Below, one piece after another: positions 46,962 through 56,145 of a DNA stretch of 59,977 nucleotides. The notes below the pieces were generated by a model that saw only the letters and a program-made list of their open reading frames with translations, made no database searches and was not told where the DNA came from. The stretch is from a virus (Duplodnaviria; Caudoviricetes): IMG/VR virus record IMGVR_UViG_3300025853_000004, positions 1-59,977 of that record, one strand, 5' to 3'. The translations under genes and the position numbers were made by a program. How positions within the stretch are numbered: position 1 is the first letter of the stretch; every line of letters starts with the position of its first letter.

Positions 46962-47263
46962 TACAGTCTCCTTATGGCTTCAGCTAATTTCGGATGACCC
47001 GCATCCTTCAATGCATTATATATGGTTGTACGGTCAGAGCGAATCGCTTGCCGCATGTAATACGCAATCAATTGGTTTGCTTGTTTTTTAAAAGCATGTG
47101 CTTGATCGCGCAATGCGGGATCAGCCGTATCAGATATACTGATTAACTTTTCCACACATCTCTCTGCGACTTCTTCGGGAGTACACCCGCGTCCATCGGT
47201 CGTATGAACCGTTACAATCGGTTCTTTTGGTAAATCAAAAACTAAAGCGTTTGATGTAATCAT
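46961..47263 (-). CDS. Conserved hypothetical protein
   Basis: V.TT..RG.TPEE.AE....K.I.IS..A...LR.QA.AF. Confidence 0.75.
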   Translation of the reverse strand: MITSNALVFDLPKEPIVTVHTTDGRGCTPEEVAERCVEKLISISDTADPALRDQAHAFKKQANQLIAYYMRQAIRSDRTTIYNALKDAGHPKLAEAIRRL

Positions 47264-47907
47264 GTTTTCTCTCTAATAATTAATCCGGTACGGTAAGCGT
47301 CGGTATCTTCGACCGCTTCCCCGTAATTTTTTAAACGAGATACAGAGTCCGCAAACTGCTGGAAATAGTTCTGAATAACATCCTGCTCGCCTTTCATGAA
47401 AGTGTAGGCTTCAATTAAAGACCCATACAGCATTGCAAGCGGCGCATTTGTGCTTAACCACGTTGTTCCGCCATCTGATCCAGCCGTTAAGCTTGGTGGA
47501 CGATAATAATAATGAAGTTCTACGGCGTAGTTAGAGTCTGGCGTTGGCGCTACAAGAAAGTTAGTCACATCAAAAAACGCATAATATTTTGGGACGCCTG
47601 TGGTTGAAGCGTCCGGAGTGTACTCTTGCAAGAAATTAACGTCTTTGTACAACAGAAATTCTTTGTTGCTTCCGTTTGTCACAGAAAGCGAATAAGGCGC
47701 CAAAAAATCACTAGGGCAGTTAAGGTATTGATTGGAGGCCGTTAAAGTACCCGTTTGATTTCTACGGAAAAAATTAAGCTGAACAGACTTAAAGATGCGC
47801 TCTTCTGCGCCTTTAATGAAAACGTCCAAGTTATTAACGAACGTTGTCTCTTGGTTTTCGCAATAATCTTGAATAGCCGTTTTTAGTTGAGCGTATGTAA
47901 AACTCAT
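47260..47907 (-). CDS. Head-to-tail adaptor protein
   Basis: TY.QL..AIQDY.E, AE.RI, G.PKYYA, APTPD, LYGSL.EA..FMK. Confidence 0.8.
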   Translation of the reverse strand: MSFTYAQLKTAIQDYCENQETTFVNNLDVFIKGAEERIFKSVQLNFFRRNQTGTLTASNQYLNCPSDFLAPYSLSVTNGSNKEFLLYKDVNFLQEYTPDASTTGVPKYYAFFDVTNFLVAPTPDSNYAVELHYYYRPPSLTAGSDGGTTWLSTNAPLAMLYGSLIEAYTFMKGEQDVIQNYFQQFADSVSRLKNYGEAVEDTDAYRTGLIIREKT

Positions 47908-48206
47908 GCAATCACCACTGTAACCGTTCCAACCTCACCAAAGGATCTTGTTGCTATTCCCCTGTCAGGGAACCCCCCGGCTCCAACAGGAACTACGAGA
48001 GGCTCTATCCGATCAGGGCGAGCATCTTTCAAAGCTTGTGCATCAACAGGGCTACGAAAAGGCCCTAATTGTGGATGCTTCGGCTCATACTCGTCTTTCC
48101 CAACCAGCAACCCGTTCCATTCTCGACGCATGTCTTTGTACTTGTAGCGAACCCCTGATCGGTCTGAGGTCGCATATGCAAATTTGCCTTGAGCAAACTT
48201 AGACAT
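47904..48206 (-). CDS. Conserved structural protein
   Basis: SDRSG..Y....M..EWNG.LV..DE.EPKHPQL. Confidence 0.75.
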   Translation of the reverse strand: MSKFAQGKFAYATSDRSGVRYKYKDMRREWNGLLVGKDEYEPKHPQLGPFRSPVDAQALKDARPDRIEPLVVPVGAGGFPDRGIATRSFGEVGTVTVVIA

Positions 48207-48874
48207 TACGTTGTCCTAAAGTATTCATATTGAGGAACAACGTTGAAAGAAGCTCGATCTCGATCCTCTGTCATTGCTCGCTCAAATTCTTCTTCGTAAA
48301 CAGCTTTTAAAAGCTGAAGACGTTGAGGCGCACGTTTCATCGCAATATAGTACGCCAGACCTGCGGCCAAGCACGGATAAAACCGAAACGGTATTTCCAT
48401 TGTATTTACAGGCGCATCAGCGTCTTGAATTCGAGTCAACGCATCGTAAATGATGATATCGGTTGAATTTTCAGGTGCCGGCCAAATTTTTAAGTTTGGC
48501 GTAATCTGACGATCCAAGAAAAATTGCGTAGGACGACCTTGCGTTGTTTTGCTTGGAATGTTTAAAAACTCGTCTCGACTAACTCGGTCCAAAGAATAAT
48601 CGGTACCGCTACGACGAACTACGACAGACAGAATGTCAATAACGTCTGCGCCTAAAGAAACGTCGGAGTCCGCCTGCGTTACTGTAAATTGACGTTGTTC
48701 AATCGTCCATTGATTCAAACCACGATTAGCCCACTCAGCTAGCATAAGGTTAAGCGAACGCCGTGCAGTTTTAAGGTCATACCCTGTACGAACTTCAAGA
48801 CCGCAACGCTCAAACGCTTCCTCAATGTAGTCGGCTACATTGAGTTCAAAATCAGTTGAACCGGAGGTCGCCAT
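48206..48874 (-). CDS. Head-tail connector (tail tubular protein A-like)
   Basis: TSG...F.L...IEEAFER.G, ARRSLN.M..EWANRGLN.W, P.RF.P.L.AGLAY. Confidence 0.8.
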   Translation of the reverse strand: MATSGSTDFELNVADYIEEAFERCGLEVRTGYDLKTARRSLNLMLAEWANRGLNQWTIEQRQFTVTQADSDVSLGADVIDILSVVVRRSGTDYSLDRVSRDEFLNIPSKTTQGRPTQFFLDRQITPNLKIWPAPENSTDIIIYDALTRIQDADAPVNTMEIPFRFYPCLAAGLAYYIAMKRAPQRLQLLKAVYEEEFERAMTEDRDRASFNVVPQYEYFRTT

Positions 48875-48877
48875 TAT

Positions 48878-49015
48878 TTAACACTCACCCTTACGTTTGC
48901 CACATTTCACGCAACCGCCTTTGGACATCTTTTTGACTTCGCCGCCGTACTTCATTTTTTTAGGTTTAACGAAACCGCCATTGCCTAAACGAACCGCGCA
49001 TCCTGAACCTTTCAT
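48878..49015 (-). CDS. 45-aa basic peptide with three GG motifs (not in track)
   Basis: MKGSGCAVRLGNGGFVKPKKMKYGGEVKKMSKGGCVKCGKRKGEC; AGGAG RBS and ATGA overlap. Confidence 0.75.
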   Translation of the reverse strand: MKGSGCAVRLGNGGFVKPKKMKYGGEVKKMSKGGCVKCGKRKGEC

Positions 49016-49263
49016 GCTTTGCTCCTACGAGTTACTTTGGCTTTCTTCGTGTTAGCCACAACTTGTTTACCTTGTGCGCCAGCCTTCTTTTTCTTTCTAG
49101 CTGTCGCCGCTCGCTCTGACTTTGTCAGGCTTTGTGCTTTTTTCTTTGGCAAGCAACGGTCGGGGTTCTTTTTGTTTTTTGAAGTCCCACATTCGCCAAC
49201 AATGTTTCCTTTGCTGTCAATTCTAACCCACTTTTGATCTCGCCACTCTTTTAGCTGTCCCAT
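49012..49263 (-). CDS. Small basic protein
   Basis: L..W..QKWV.I...CG...RCLP..KA..L.K.ER.AT..KK. Confidence 0.75.
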   Translation of the reverse strand: MGQLKEWRDQKWVRIDSKGNIVGECGTSKNKKNPDRCLPKKKAQSLTKSERAATARKKKKAGAQGKQVVANTKKAKVTRRSKA

Positions 49264-49493
49264 TACTTTTTCTTCTTAGATTTCTTAGCGTAATTAGGGT
49301 CTTTGCAATACTTAGAAGCGGCCATGTTTGCATACGCACTCGGATAGGTATCAAAGGTGCGTTTTGCCCAAGCCTTACCTGCGGGGCATATTTTACCCCC
49401 AGACTTTACTTCGCCGCCTTTAGCCATGCGACGAACCGGTTTAGCGCGTTTAACCGAACACGCGCCATTTCCAAGATTCACTCGGCTTGTCAT
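49263..49493 (-). CDS. Small basic protein
   Basis: MAKGGEV; CPAGKAWAK..F..YPSAYAN; start at MTSRV with ATGA overlap. Confidence 0.75.
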   Translation of the reverse strand: MTSRVNLGNGACSVKRAKPVRRMAKGGEVKSGGKICPAGKAWAKRTFDTYPSAYANMAASKYCKDPNYAKKSKKKK

Positions 49494-49720
49494 GCAAGCT
49501 TCTCCGCTAAAAACGTAGCTATGATTAACGCGGCTATACCCCACATACGCATGTCCAGCGTTTTAAGAGTTTCGCTTTGACTAGCTAACTTTTCATTTAT
49601 CGCCTCATATCGAATATTGCATTCCGATTCATGGCGCTCTAAAAGTAGCAAAACATCCTTGGCCTGCAACTCTTTGTCTTCCAATGACAAAGTTACAACT
49701 GTTTCTTCTTTCTTTACCAT
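49490..49720 (-). CDS. Small coiled-coil protein with C-terminal TM helix
   Basis: L.RHE.EC..RY..I; hydrophobic C-terminus. Confidence 0.7.
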   Translation of the reverse strand: MVKKEETVVTLSLEDKELQAKDVLLLLERHESECNIRYEAINEKLASQSETLKTLDMRMWGIAALIIATFLAEKLA

Positions 49721-49998
49721 TTCTTACAAGACCAATACCGTGCTGAAAATTTATCCTTTGCCGTGTCACATTTGTGACGTGCCCGAAAGCTTTTACGACG
49801 ATCCGGCTGATCTTTTTTAATCGTCATGTTTGGATCCCCAAACCGGACCAGTTTAATTTCAGAGCCTTTTTTCGCCAAAACTGCAAACTTTTTGTTACCG
49901 CCGCTAGTACGTTTTGGTTTGTTGTAACCAGAAAACGTTTCACCGCGATAAGTTATCCGACCAGAAGGACTACGTTTTACATTTTTGGTGGTGGCCAT
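49714..49998 (-). CDS. Small basic conserved phage protein
   Basis: YNKPKRT...KKFAVLAK.G..KLVRFGD.NM...RRKSFRARH.C...SARYWSC..W. Confidence 0.8.
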   Translation of the reverse strand: MATTKNVKRSPSGRITYRGETFSGYNKPKRTSGGNKKFAVLAKKGSEIKLVRFGDPNMTIKKDQPDRRKSFRARHKCDTAKDKFSARYWSCKKW

Positions 49999-50795
49999 TA
50001 CAGGTCACTCCCGTTTTTAATATAAGTGATGTCTAGCGTTGCGGATGCGGTGATTGTACCTCCCACAGAATCTGCTTCTGCGCGAACCTCAATATCTGTT
50101 TTTTCGTTAAAAACAATTGGATTCCAATACGGGATACTGGTTGAGTTATTGGCTAATGTTACCCGGTCCTTGACGTTAAATACGCCACCGTCAGGTCTTG
50201 ATACCAACGTAAAGATAGCGAACTTGCCAGCAGAAGATGAGGCTGAGACATCTTTTTGATGAAGATACGCAGTGTACCCTCTTGGCACCGTCCAAAGGCA
50301 CATAAGTGTTTGGTTGTCACCGATAGCGACCGTGGCGTACTTATTTGTTGGAACGCCGCCCGTAGGCGTAGCCTCTGTACCTACATACAAAACGCCTGCA
50401 TTAACTCCGCCAGAGCCAGCGGTGTTTACAGCAATGCGATTGACTCGATACCAGTTCAAAGCCCCGTTTAACTGAACCCCTGTTTGACCATTCAGCGAGA
50501 CTGTTTCACTTATCTCATCAAAATTTGCATCCAATCCAGAAACAGTAGCTGTTCTAGCCCCTGTCCCCGCAGAAGTGTCAGCAGTAGAACTGCTAGAAAT
50601 ATACATAGTGGAAGCGGAAGTGGGATAAGTATATAAGCCGCCTTGAGACCAAACGGTCTCATTTGAATCTGCAATATCCGGATTATAGCCAAACTTGTGG
50701 ATAAATTCGTGGTATGCAATTTGACCGCGAGAAACCTGAAGCTCAAAAGGCTCCGAAGTTCCTATACGAGTAATCGAACTTACCTCGCGAGCCAT
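49998..50795 (-). CDS. Structural (beta-rich) protein
   Basis: FELQVSRG.I, KFG.N, ISSSS..D...GTGART, TVP.GY, EKTDI. Confidence 0.75.
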   Translation of the reverse strand: MAREVSSITRIGTSEPFELQVSRGQIAYHEFIHKFGYNPDIADSNETVWSQGGLYTYPTSASTMYISSSSTADTSAGTGARTATVSGLDANFDEISETVSLNGQTGVQLNGALNWYRVNRIAVNTAGSGGVNAGVLYVGTEATPTGGVPTNKYATVAIGDNQTLMCLWTVPRGYTAYLHQKDVSASSSAGKFAIFTLVSRPDGGVFNVKDRVTLANNSTSIPYWNPIVFNEKTDIEVRAEADSVGGTITASATLDITYIKNGSDL

Positions 50796-50803
50796 ACAAC
50801 CCC

Positions 50804-51076
50804 CTAGTTATAAAAGATTGTTACGGCAGTGATCGCAGTAAGCGCCGAAACATGTATATCGCCTACGCGTATCCCCTCCGCAGGGATATTCACCGAATGC
50901 GAATCAGACGCCAAAAAATCAAGGTCTAATACAGTTGCTCCTCCGTTGCCATCTGTAATGGTCAAACGTGGAGTTCCTGTTGTAGATAAAACTTGTATTT
51001 GACGAATACGCGCAGGACCGACAGCCGCCGATCCCGTGCTTGTGATTCGCTTGGCTTTTACATCAGAGCCAGCCAT
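50804..51076 (-). CDS. Small structural protein
   Basis: SDVKA...GPARIR...IP.EGI...VTIFY. Confidence 0.75.
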   Translation of the reverse strand: MAGSDVKAKRITSTGSAAVGPARIRQIQVLSTTGTPRLTITDGNGGATVLDLDFLASDSHSVNIPAEGIRVGDIHVSALTAITAVTIFYN

Positions 51077-51079
51077 TCA

Positions 51080-51214
51080 TCAGTCCCCTTTTTTCTTTGC
51101 CGCAGGTTTTTTAGTAGGAGCTTTCTTTGGAGCTTCTTTAACCATTGGTGTTCCGTCTGGATTTAGACCGCGAGCGGCCAATTCTTCCGCAGAAGCCGGC
51201 TTAAAACGACTCAT
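51080..51214 (-). CDS. 44-aa Lys/Pro/Ala-tailed peptide (not in track)
   Basis: MSRFKPASAEELAARGLNPDGTPMVKEAPKKAPTKKPAAKKKGD; GGGGG RBS. Confidence 0.65.
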   Translation of the reverse strand: MSRFKPASAEELAARGLNPDGTPMVKEAPKKAPTKKPAAKKKGD

Positions 51215-51227
51215 AAGTCACCCCCAA

Positions 51228-51452
51228 TTATGACGCCGCGATAGTTGCGCCAGTATCAGAACGCTTCCAGTTAGTACCGTCAGAAAAAGCAAGAATTGCT
51301 GAACCTGCCGCACCGTTAGAAACATAGATAAGAGTACCTGCGCCCGCATCAGAAGCTGATGGAGCAGAAGCTACGGTATAAGTAGGAACTTGAATGTCAC
51401 CAACAAAGCCATTGGTTGCTGTGACTGGACCTGAAAAGGTAGTGCTTGCCAT
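51228..51452 (-). CDS. Putative capsid decoration protein
   Basis: MASTTFSGPV...GF; LIYVSNG..G...AFSDGTNW; first gene after the capsid gene. Confidence 0.7.
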   Translation of the reverse strand: MASTTFSGPVTATNGFVGDIQVPTYTVASAPSASDAGAGTLIYVSNGAAGSAILAFSDGTNWKRSDTGATIAAS

Positions 51453-51461
51453 GATAGATTT

Positions 51462-51523
51462 TCCTCACATGCGAGTTTAGTGCGCCTGTCTGCATGTTGT
51501 CTGCTAGGTCAGTCCGACGCACC
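51462..51523 (-). ncRNA. Predicted pseudoknotted cis-regulatory leader RNA
   Basis: GUGCGUC/GGCGCAC stem, CUG/CAG hairpin, ACAUGC/GCAUGU crossing pairing next to the SD GAGGA. Confidence 0.5.
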
Positions 51524-51552
51524 CATTTCCTAGATATTGAAATCTTACAGAT

Positions 51553-51580
51553 AAAAAAAGGGGGCGTCTAGCGCCCCCTT
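51553..51580 (-). terminator. Terminator after the major capsid gene
   Basis: aagggggcg-ctaga-cgccccc followed by T7. Confidence 0.9.
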
Positions 51581-51584
51581 CTTC

Positions 51585-52493
51585 TTATGCCGCTCCGGGA
51601 GTTCCGAAGACAGCGCGCCAATCAGAGACGCCGAAGCTGTAACGCTCACGGGCCTTGAACCGCATATTTCCAGTGTCAAAGTCACCTTCCATTGCAGTTT
51701 TGATTGGTGAACGGTTGAAGTATTTGAAACCGTTCGGTGCGTCAGTCAAGACGAAGAACGCGTCAGTGTCAGTCAAGAAATGGTTGACTACTGCCCCTTC
51801 AGGCAACATTCCCATGTTCTTCATTGCATTGGCGTCGTTATCCGCTGTACCCGGACGCAGGTTAGAGTTCAGAACGCGCTCTGCAACAAACTGAAGTTCC
51901 TTTGGAATAATCAGCTTAGTGCCACGAACTGCGATCTTCAGTCCACGCTCGTCAGTCAAGCCAGCGATGTCGATCAGCATTTGCTCAAGCGATGTTTCGT
52001 TGAGGTCAGCCGCGACAGACAACTGGTTGCGCTGGTTACCAGACAGAGATGGGTGCGCTGATGAACAAAGTGCCGCACCGTCACCTACAGGTGCTCCAGT
52101 GTCGAACGCGTTGTTCAAAATAGACGCCGCCTTGATCTGCTTAGTCTGGGCCATTGAACGAGCAAGTGCCTTGGTGTAACGAGATGCTAGACGATCATAC
52201 AGATTGTCCTCGATGGCTTCCTCTGTAATAGAGAACGCCAGAGCGATTGTCTCGTGAGTGTAACGTGCTGTGAATGTTTCTTGTGCATCGTCAAATGTGA
52301 TGGCAGAGCCTTCACCCTTAACTGGTGCAGTTGAGAAACCACCCAACATTACTTCTTCCTCGAACGCACGATCTGAAGATTCTTCAGTGAAGATTTCAGC
52401 GTGTTCGTTCTCGTAACGTGAGTATTCCATCCCGAACAGGGCATTAAGGCCCGGTTCAAGCTCTTTCGCTAACTGTGCGCGAGAGATTGCCAT
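51585..52493 (-). CDS. Major capsid protein
   Basis: MAISRAQL.KELEPGLNALFG.EY, TARY.HETIAL.FSITEEA.EDNLY, DFDTGN.RFKARERYSFG; strong terminator downstream. Confidence 0.92.
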   Translation of the reverse strand: MAISRAQLAKELEPGLNALFGMEYSRYENEHAEIFTEESSDRAFEEEVMLGGFSTAPVKGEGSAITFDDAQETFTARYTHETIALAFSITEEAIEDNLYDRLASRYTKALARSMAQTKQIKAASILNNAFDTGAPVGDGAALCSSAHPSLSGNQRNQLSVAADLNETSLEQMLIDIAGLTDERGLKIAVRGTKLIIPKELQFVAERVLNSNLRPGTADNDANAMKNMGMLPEGAVVNHFLTDTDAFFVLTDAPNGFKYFNRSPIKTAMEGDFDTGNMRFKARERYSFGVSDWRAVFGTPGAA

Positions 52494-52504
52494 AACCCTT
52501 CTCC

Positions 52505-53152
52505 TTAAATACCTGTTGAATCAGCAGTTGTCTGAGATGTAGACGTACTTGCTGGCGAGTTGTAATGGAAGTTGAAGCGAACTACGAAATTTACGCCTGC
52601 CGCGTCCCAATCGTTGTTTGCAACGTCATCGACGATGCCAACGATACGCATAGCAAGAGTAGCTGTAGTTGCCGCTGTGCTAATGTCTAACTGTGCAGTT
52701 GAACGCCCGGTTGCTGTAGAACCAGAAGTTGCAGTTGCTAGTGAACAGTTTGAAAACACGTCTGCCAAGGCAGTTGCGCGATCTGTTACTGATTCATCAG
52801 CCGCTACACGGAACAATTGCATTGGGTTATCAGCAACGAAAGCTTTAACAGGATAGTTTGTATCCACGCTTACGCTGTTGGCACCCGGCCAGTAGTTACT
52901 GTAAACCGGCTTCTTTGAAACCGAGTCAACATATTCAACACCCATCAGGACACCGAGGAAAGGAACAGTTCCGCCATTTGCGTTACCAACAATGTCGATA
53001 ACACCAGCCGCCAGTGGAATTACTGGCGAAAACTGATAAATAGCGTTCGTGTTTGCCGCCGCAATCTCATACTGAGTTACCCCAGTAGAGTTTGTTGCGC
53101 TTCCGTTCAACCCGATAGGACGTAGACCAAAAGAAGTATCTTGGTTTGCCAT
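52505..53152 (-). CDS. Capsid-associated protein
   Basis: MAN.D..FGLRP; lies directly upstream of the capsid gene. Confidence 0.7.
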   Translation of the reverse strand: MANQDTSFGLRPIGLNGSATNSTGVTQYEIAAANTNAIYQFSPVIPLAAGVIDIVGNANGGTVPFLGVLMGVEYVDSVSKKPVYSNYWPGANSVSVDTNYPVKAFVADNPMQLFRVAADESVTDRATALADVFSNCSLATATSGSTATGRSTAQLDISTAATTATLAMRIVGIVDDVANNDWDAAGVNFVVRFNFHYNSPASTSTSQTTADSTGI

Positions 53153-53179
53153 AAGGCTATCTCCTAATCAGGGTGACCC

Positions 53180-53656
53180 CTATTTATTACGAGGGCCACC
53201 AAAAGTTACACGTTGTTGCCGATCAGGGTTACTGATCCGCATCGTCGAATGTTGATTCTCTCGCATCATATCGTGATCCACAGCTTCCATCTGATCCGAG
53301 TTACGGTTGCGGAAATAATCCGTCCGTTCCTGAACAGTTTCTTCAGGGATCCTTGCGAGGATCAACCCGCCAACGCCGAACACACCTTCATATTTACCTG
53401 AGTCGATCACCGGTGCTTCAAAGTCCGGATATTCGTCCGCACGGACCAATTCCCATCCTTCTCGTAGCTTTGCACTGATATTCTTGCGGTCATCAAAACC
53501 GCGAGTTTCAGCGCGAATCCACCGATGCTTAAATCCATCTGGTGCAGGTGGTGCGTCTAACATAGACGGTGGAGCCCACGGCTTACGCTGTGCCGTTTTC
53601 TCTCTAGTTTCATTTGCGCGGGAAGCACGGCTTCCATTCTTCATGTCTTCAGCCAT
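53180..53656 (-). CDS. Conserved head-module protein
   Basis: W.PPS.LDAPP.P.G..HRWIR...LREGWELVR...GGL.LARIP; start at MAEDMK. Confidence 0.8.
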   Translation of the reverse strand: MAEDMKNGSRASRANETREKTAQRKPWAPPSMLDAPPAPDGFKHRWIRAETRGFDDRKNISAKLREGWELVRADEYPDFEAPVIDSGKYEGVFGVGGLILARIPEETVQERTDYFRNRNSDQMEAVDHDMMRENQHSTMRISNPDRQQRVTFGGPRNK

Positions 53657-53657
53657 T

Positions 53658-54551
53658 TTATTGCTCCCTAACGTATTTCGCGTATTCTTCAAGTGGCACT
53701 CCGAGTTTTTTAGCCATAGTGACTTGGGTCTTGGAGAGTCGGACCTTTCCTGTGCGCCCAGTTGCTTTTCCGCGGGATACTGAAGCTACCGTCTGAGCGG
53801 GACGGCGGGCTCCACCCGAATTCTTCAACTTATGGGGAAATTCATCCGCCATACGTCTGTCAAGCTCATTGTAGTAATCATCTGACTGCGGGTCAAATCC
53901 TTCTCTTTCAACGAGTTTTTTATGAATTCCAAAAGCGGCATAAGTCATCGCTTCGTCGGAACCAAACCAATCATTCCGTTCTGCCCAATCTTCAGCTTTT
54001 GGATCAGGCCGACGCGGCTGTTGAGCCGGCATTGGTTGCTGAACTTGAGCTTGCTGTTGTGCGGCCGTTTGTTGGGCATACCGTTCTTGTTGAATCTTAG
54101 CTTGACGTGCGCGATCACTTTCGATTGCCAATGCAGTAATCTTGCGCTGTGCTTCAATAACTCCATTGGTATCCCCCATCTCAATTGCGCGAGCCAGTTC
54201 TTGCTCTGCCGCGGTTGTCTGGGTTTCTATGCGCCCGCTGTATTCTGCAACATAATTGTCGCTTAGGCTGTTCATCCGCTGTTTAATTGCTTCAGCTTCC
54301 TGTTGCACTTGTTGTGCATACCGGATCGCTTCTTCGCGCTCGCGCTCGGCAGAACGCATTTTTTTGGTCAGTCGATCAATGCGCTTTTGCGTTGCATTAT
54401 TCGCTTTCTCAAAATTATCCTCTTCGTCGGCATCCGACGCTTCAAAAGCCGCAGATCCTCCAGACTCTTCGGGAGTCTCAAAGGAGACCTCGGTTTCTTC
54501 TGCATCACCAACGTCCAGTTCGATTTGGTCGTCGTCTCTTTCTTCAGCCAT
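53658..54551 (-). CDS. Capsid scaffolding protein
   Basis: Acidic N-terminus, coiled coil, PDPKA..W..RN.WFG, V.L...Q..MAKKLGVPLEEYAK. Confidence 0.8.
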   Translation of the reverse strand: MAEERDDDQIELDVGDAEETEVSFETPEESGGSAAFEASDADEEDNFEKANNATQKRIDRLTKKMRSAEREREEAIRYAQQVQQEAEAIKQRMNSLSDNYVAEYSGRIETQTTAAEQELARAIEMGDTNGVIEAQRKITALAIESDRARQAKIQQERYAQQTAAQQQAQVQQPMPAQQPRRPDPKAEDWAERNDWFGSDEAMTYAAFGIHKKLVEREGFDPQSDDYYNELDRRMADEFPHKLKNSGGARRPAQTVASVSRGKATGRTGKVRLSKTQVTMAKKLGVPLEEYAKYVREQ

Positions 54552-54562
54552 GTTTTATCTCC

Positions 54563-54982
54563 TTAGAAATGAAGAACGTCTTCTGGGGAACTAATCCTCG
54601 CCAGAATTTCGTCGTCGTTAAGAATCCGCACTTCCCCGCCATCAATATTGAAACGAGACCCGGAATAGCGGGCAAACATTACCCAGTCTTTTTCCGCGCA
54701 CCAAGGCCCGCTAGGGAACTTGTCTTCGTCTTGATAGGCTAAAGGTCCAACTTTAAGCACATAGCCTACTTGCGTAGACACTTGTTGTTGCTCAAGAGTT
54801 TTGTCGGCCAAAAGGATTCCGCCTTCTGTTTTGCCTTTACCACGGTAGGGAAGAATAAGAATACGCCACCCGGTAGGGGTCGGTAGTCTTTCTAAGAGAG
54901 ATCCGCCAATGGCTTCTGGATCAAGGAACTTTGCGCGTTCCTCTTTATACGCTTCTTCAAGCGTCGCGACTTCTTCAGTCAT
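54563..54982 (-). CDS. groES: GroES-like co-chaperonin
   Basis: P.G.RILI...KT.GGI.L...G.V..VG...DWV.F.RY.G...RILNDDEILA. Confidence 0.9.
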   Translation of the reverse strand: MTEEVATLEEAYKEERAKFLDPEAIGGSLLERLPTPTGWRILILPYRGKGKTEGGILLADKTLEQQQVSTQVGYVLKVGPLAYQDEDKFPSGPWCAEKDWVMFARYSGSRFNIDGGEVRILNDDEILARISSPEDVLHF

Positions 54983-55172
54983 CTATATGCTCCTGTTTAT
55001 CTAGCAGGCTCTTGAGTTCCTGTTCGACATGATTGAGGGCAGTCAACATGCCCATCAATTCACGATAATGTTCCATCGTCTTGACTCCATCGTATTCGAG
55101 GCAGTCAGTGATGGCCTTCTTCTGCTCACGGATAATCCGATACACAGCTTCAGCTAAGTATATATCACTCAT
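54975..55172 (-). CDS. Small helical hypothetical protein
   Basis: 65 aa; first gene after a promoter; overlaps groES. Confidence 0.75.
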   Translation of the reverse strand: MSDIYLAEAVYRIIREQKKAITDCLEYDGVKTMEHYRELMGMLTALNHVEQELKSLLDKQEHIDD

Positions 55173-55210
55173 TCTCTTATATCACCGCATTTTATCTTAG
55201 ATAGTCCGAT

Positions 55211-55239
55211 ATAATCCTATCATATCTTATATACGGCAA
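55211..55239 (-). promoter_or_regulatory. Promoter of the head operon
   Basis: TTGCCG-N17-GATTAT in a short AT-rich gap. Confidence 0.6.
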
Positions 55240-55246
55240 GAGCTTT

Positions 55247-55687
55247 TTAAACGTTACGCATCCTTGTAACAAGACGATCCGCACGGTTGGTGACTTGGCG
55301 GTACCATTTGCTATCAACCATCTCGTCTGCGGCTTGATTCCAGTCGCGCGCATCAACCCCGGCTTTCATGCCTTTAAACTGGCTCAAACGCGGCCGGCCC
55401 ATGTTAAACATCATGTTTGCAATAATCAGTTGTACTTCTTCTGGAAGGTCGTCGAAGTCTTCGTACAAACGCTGACATTCGTCTAAAGTTACTTCGATGT
55501 CTTGTTCAAAAACTTCGGCAACGCGCTCTGCTGATACTTCTGTTCCAACTTCTTCGCCATACTCTTCATCGTCTTCTGTAACGAGGTGGCCAATTCCGAA
55601 AGTCGGGTAACCAAGGTGGTCCAAATAGATTTCATATTTGCATCCTTCGTCTTCTTCCAGTTCTACTCTTAATTTTTCTAAATTCAT
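55247..55687 (-). CDS. Endolysin (T4-lysozyme-like, GH24)
   Basis: DEG...IY.D.LG.PT.GIGHL (E-D-T triad), NM.FNMG, AA.EM.DS.WY.Q..NRA.RL. Confidence 0.92.
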   Translation of the reverse strand: MNLEKLRVELEEDEGCKYEIYLDHLGYPTFGIGHLVTEDDEEYGEEVGTEVSAERVAEVFEQDIEVTLDECQRLYEDFDDLPEEVQLIIANMMFNMGRPRLSQFKGMKAGVDARDWNQAADEMVDSKWYRQVTNRADRLVTRMRNV

Positions 55688-56064
55688 TATTTGCCCTTCT
55701 TCATTGCCATAAGTTTGTCTGCGCCCTTAACGCCGAATGACGCGCTGACCGCGATAAATAAGAGGTATTGATACCATTCCGGTAGAGAGTTGAGTGCGCT
55801 GAACGCCTCATCCATGCGAGCAATGATGGCTTGATCGTCCATTGCCACGCTGTAAGCAACAGCAATCAAAGGCGCACTGAGGATCAAACTGAACCATTCA
55901 TCCTTCCAAGATGACTTGGTTGCATCAGCCATAGATGCTTCCCAGTTAGCATCATTGTTTATCTTATGGATCTTAGCTTGCTGAATTGCTTTCTTCTCTT
56001 CAGCCTTCCCTTTGATAAAGTCTTTGCCTAGCTCAAGTGCTGGACCAAGTAGCATATTTAACAT
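55687..56064 (-). CDS. Holin-like membrane protein
   Basis: SWKDEW, two hydrophobic helices, LPEWYQY.L...VSASFG, basic tail; adjacent to the lysin. Confidence 0.7.
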   Translation of the reverse strand: MLNMLLGPALELGKDFIKGKAEEKKAIQQAKIHKINNDANWEASMADATKSSWKDEWFSLILSAPLIAVAYSVAMDDQAIIARMDEAFSALNSLPEWYQYLLFIAVSASFGVKGADKLMAMKKGK

Positions 56065-56145
56065 GACATCACCCCACTAAAAGGCTAAGTAAAAAAGAGC
56101 AAGCCGAAGCTATTGCTATGAATTGAATATCTATTGCTTTCAACA

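Noticed and set aside
51462-51523. Hammerhead ribozyme or tRNA
   Set aside because: No CUGAUGA/GAAA core and no cloverleaf; kept only as a generic pseudoknot candidate.
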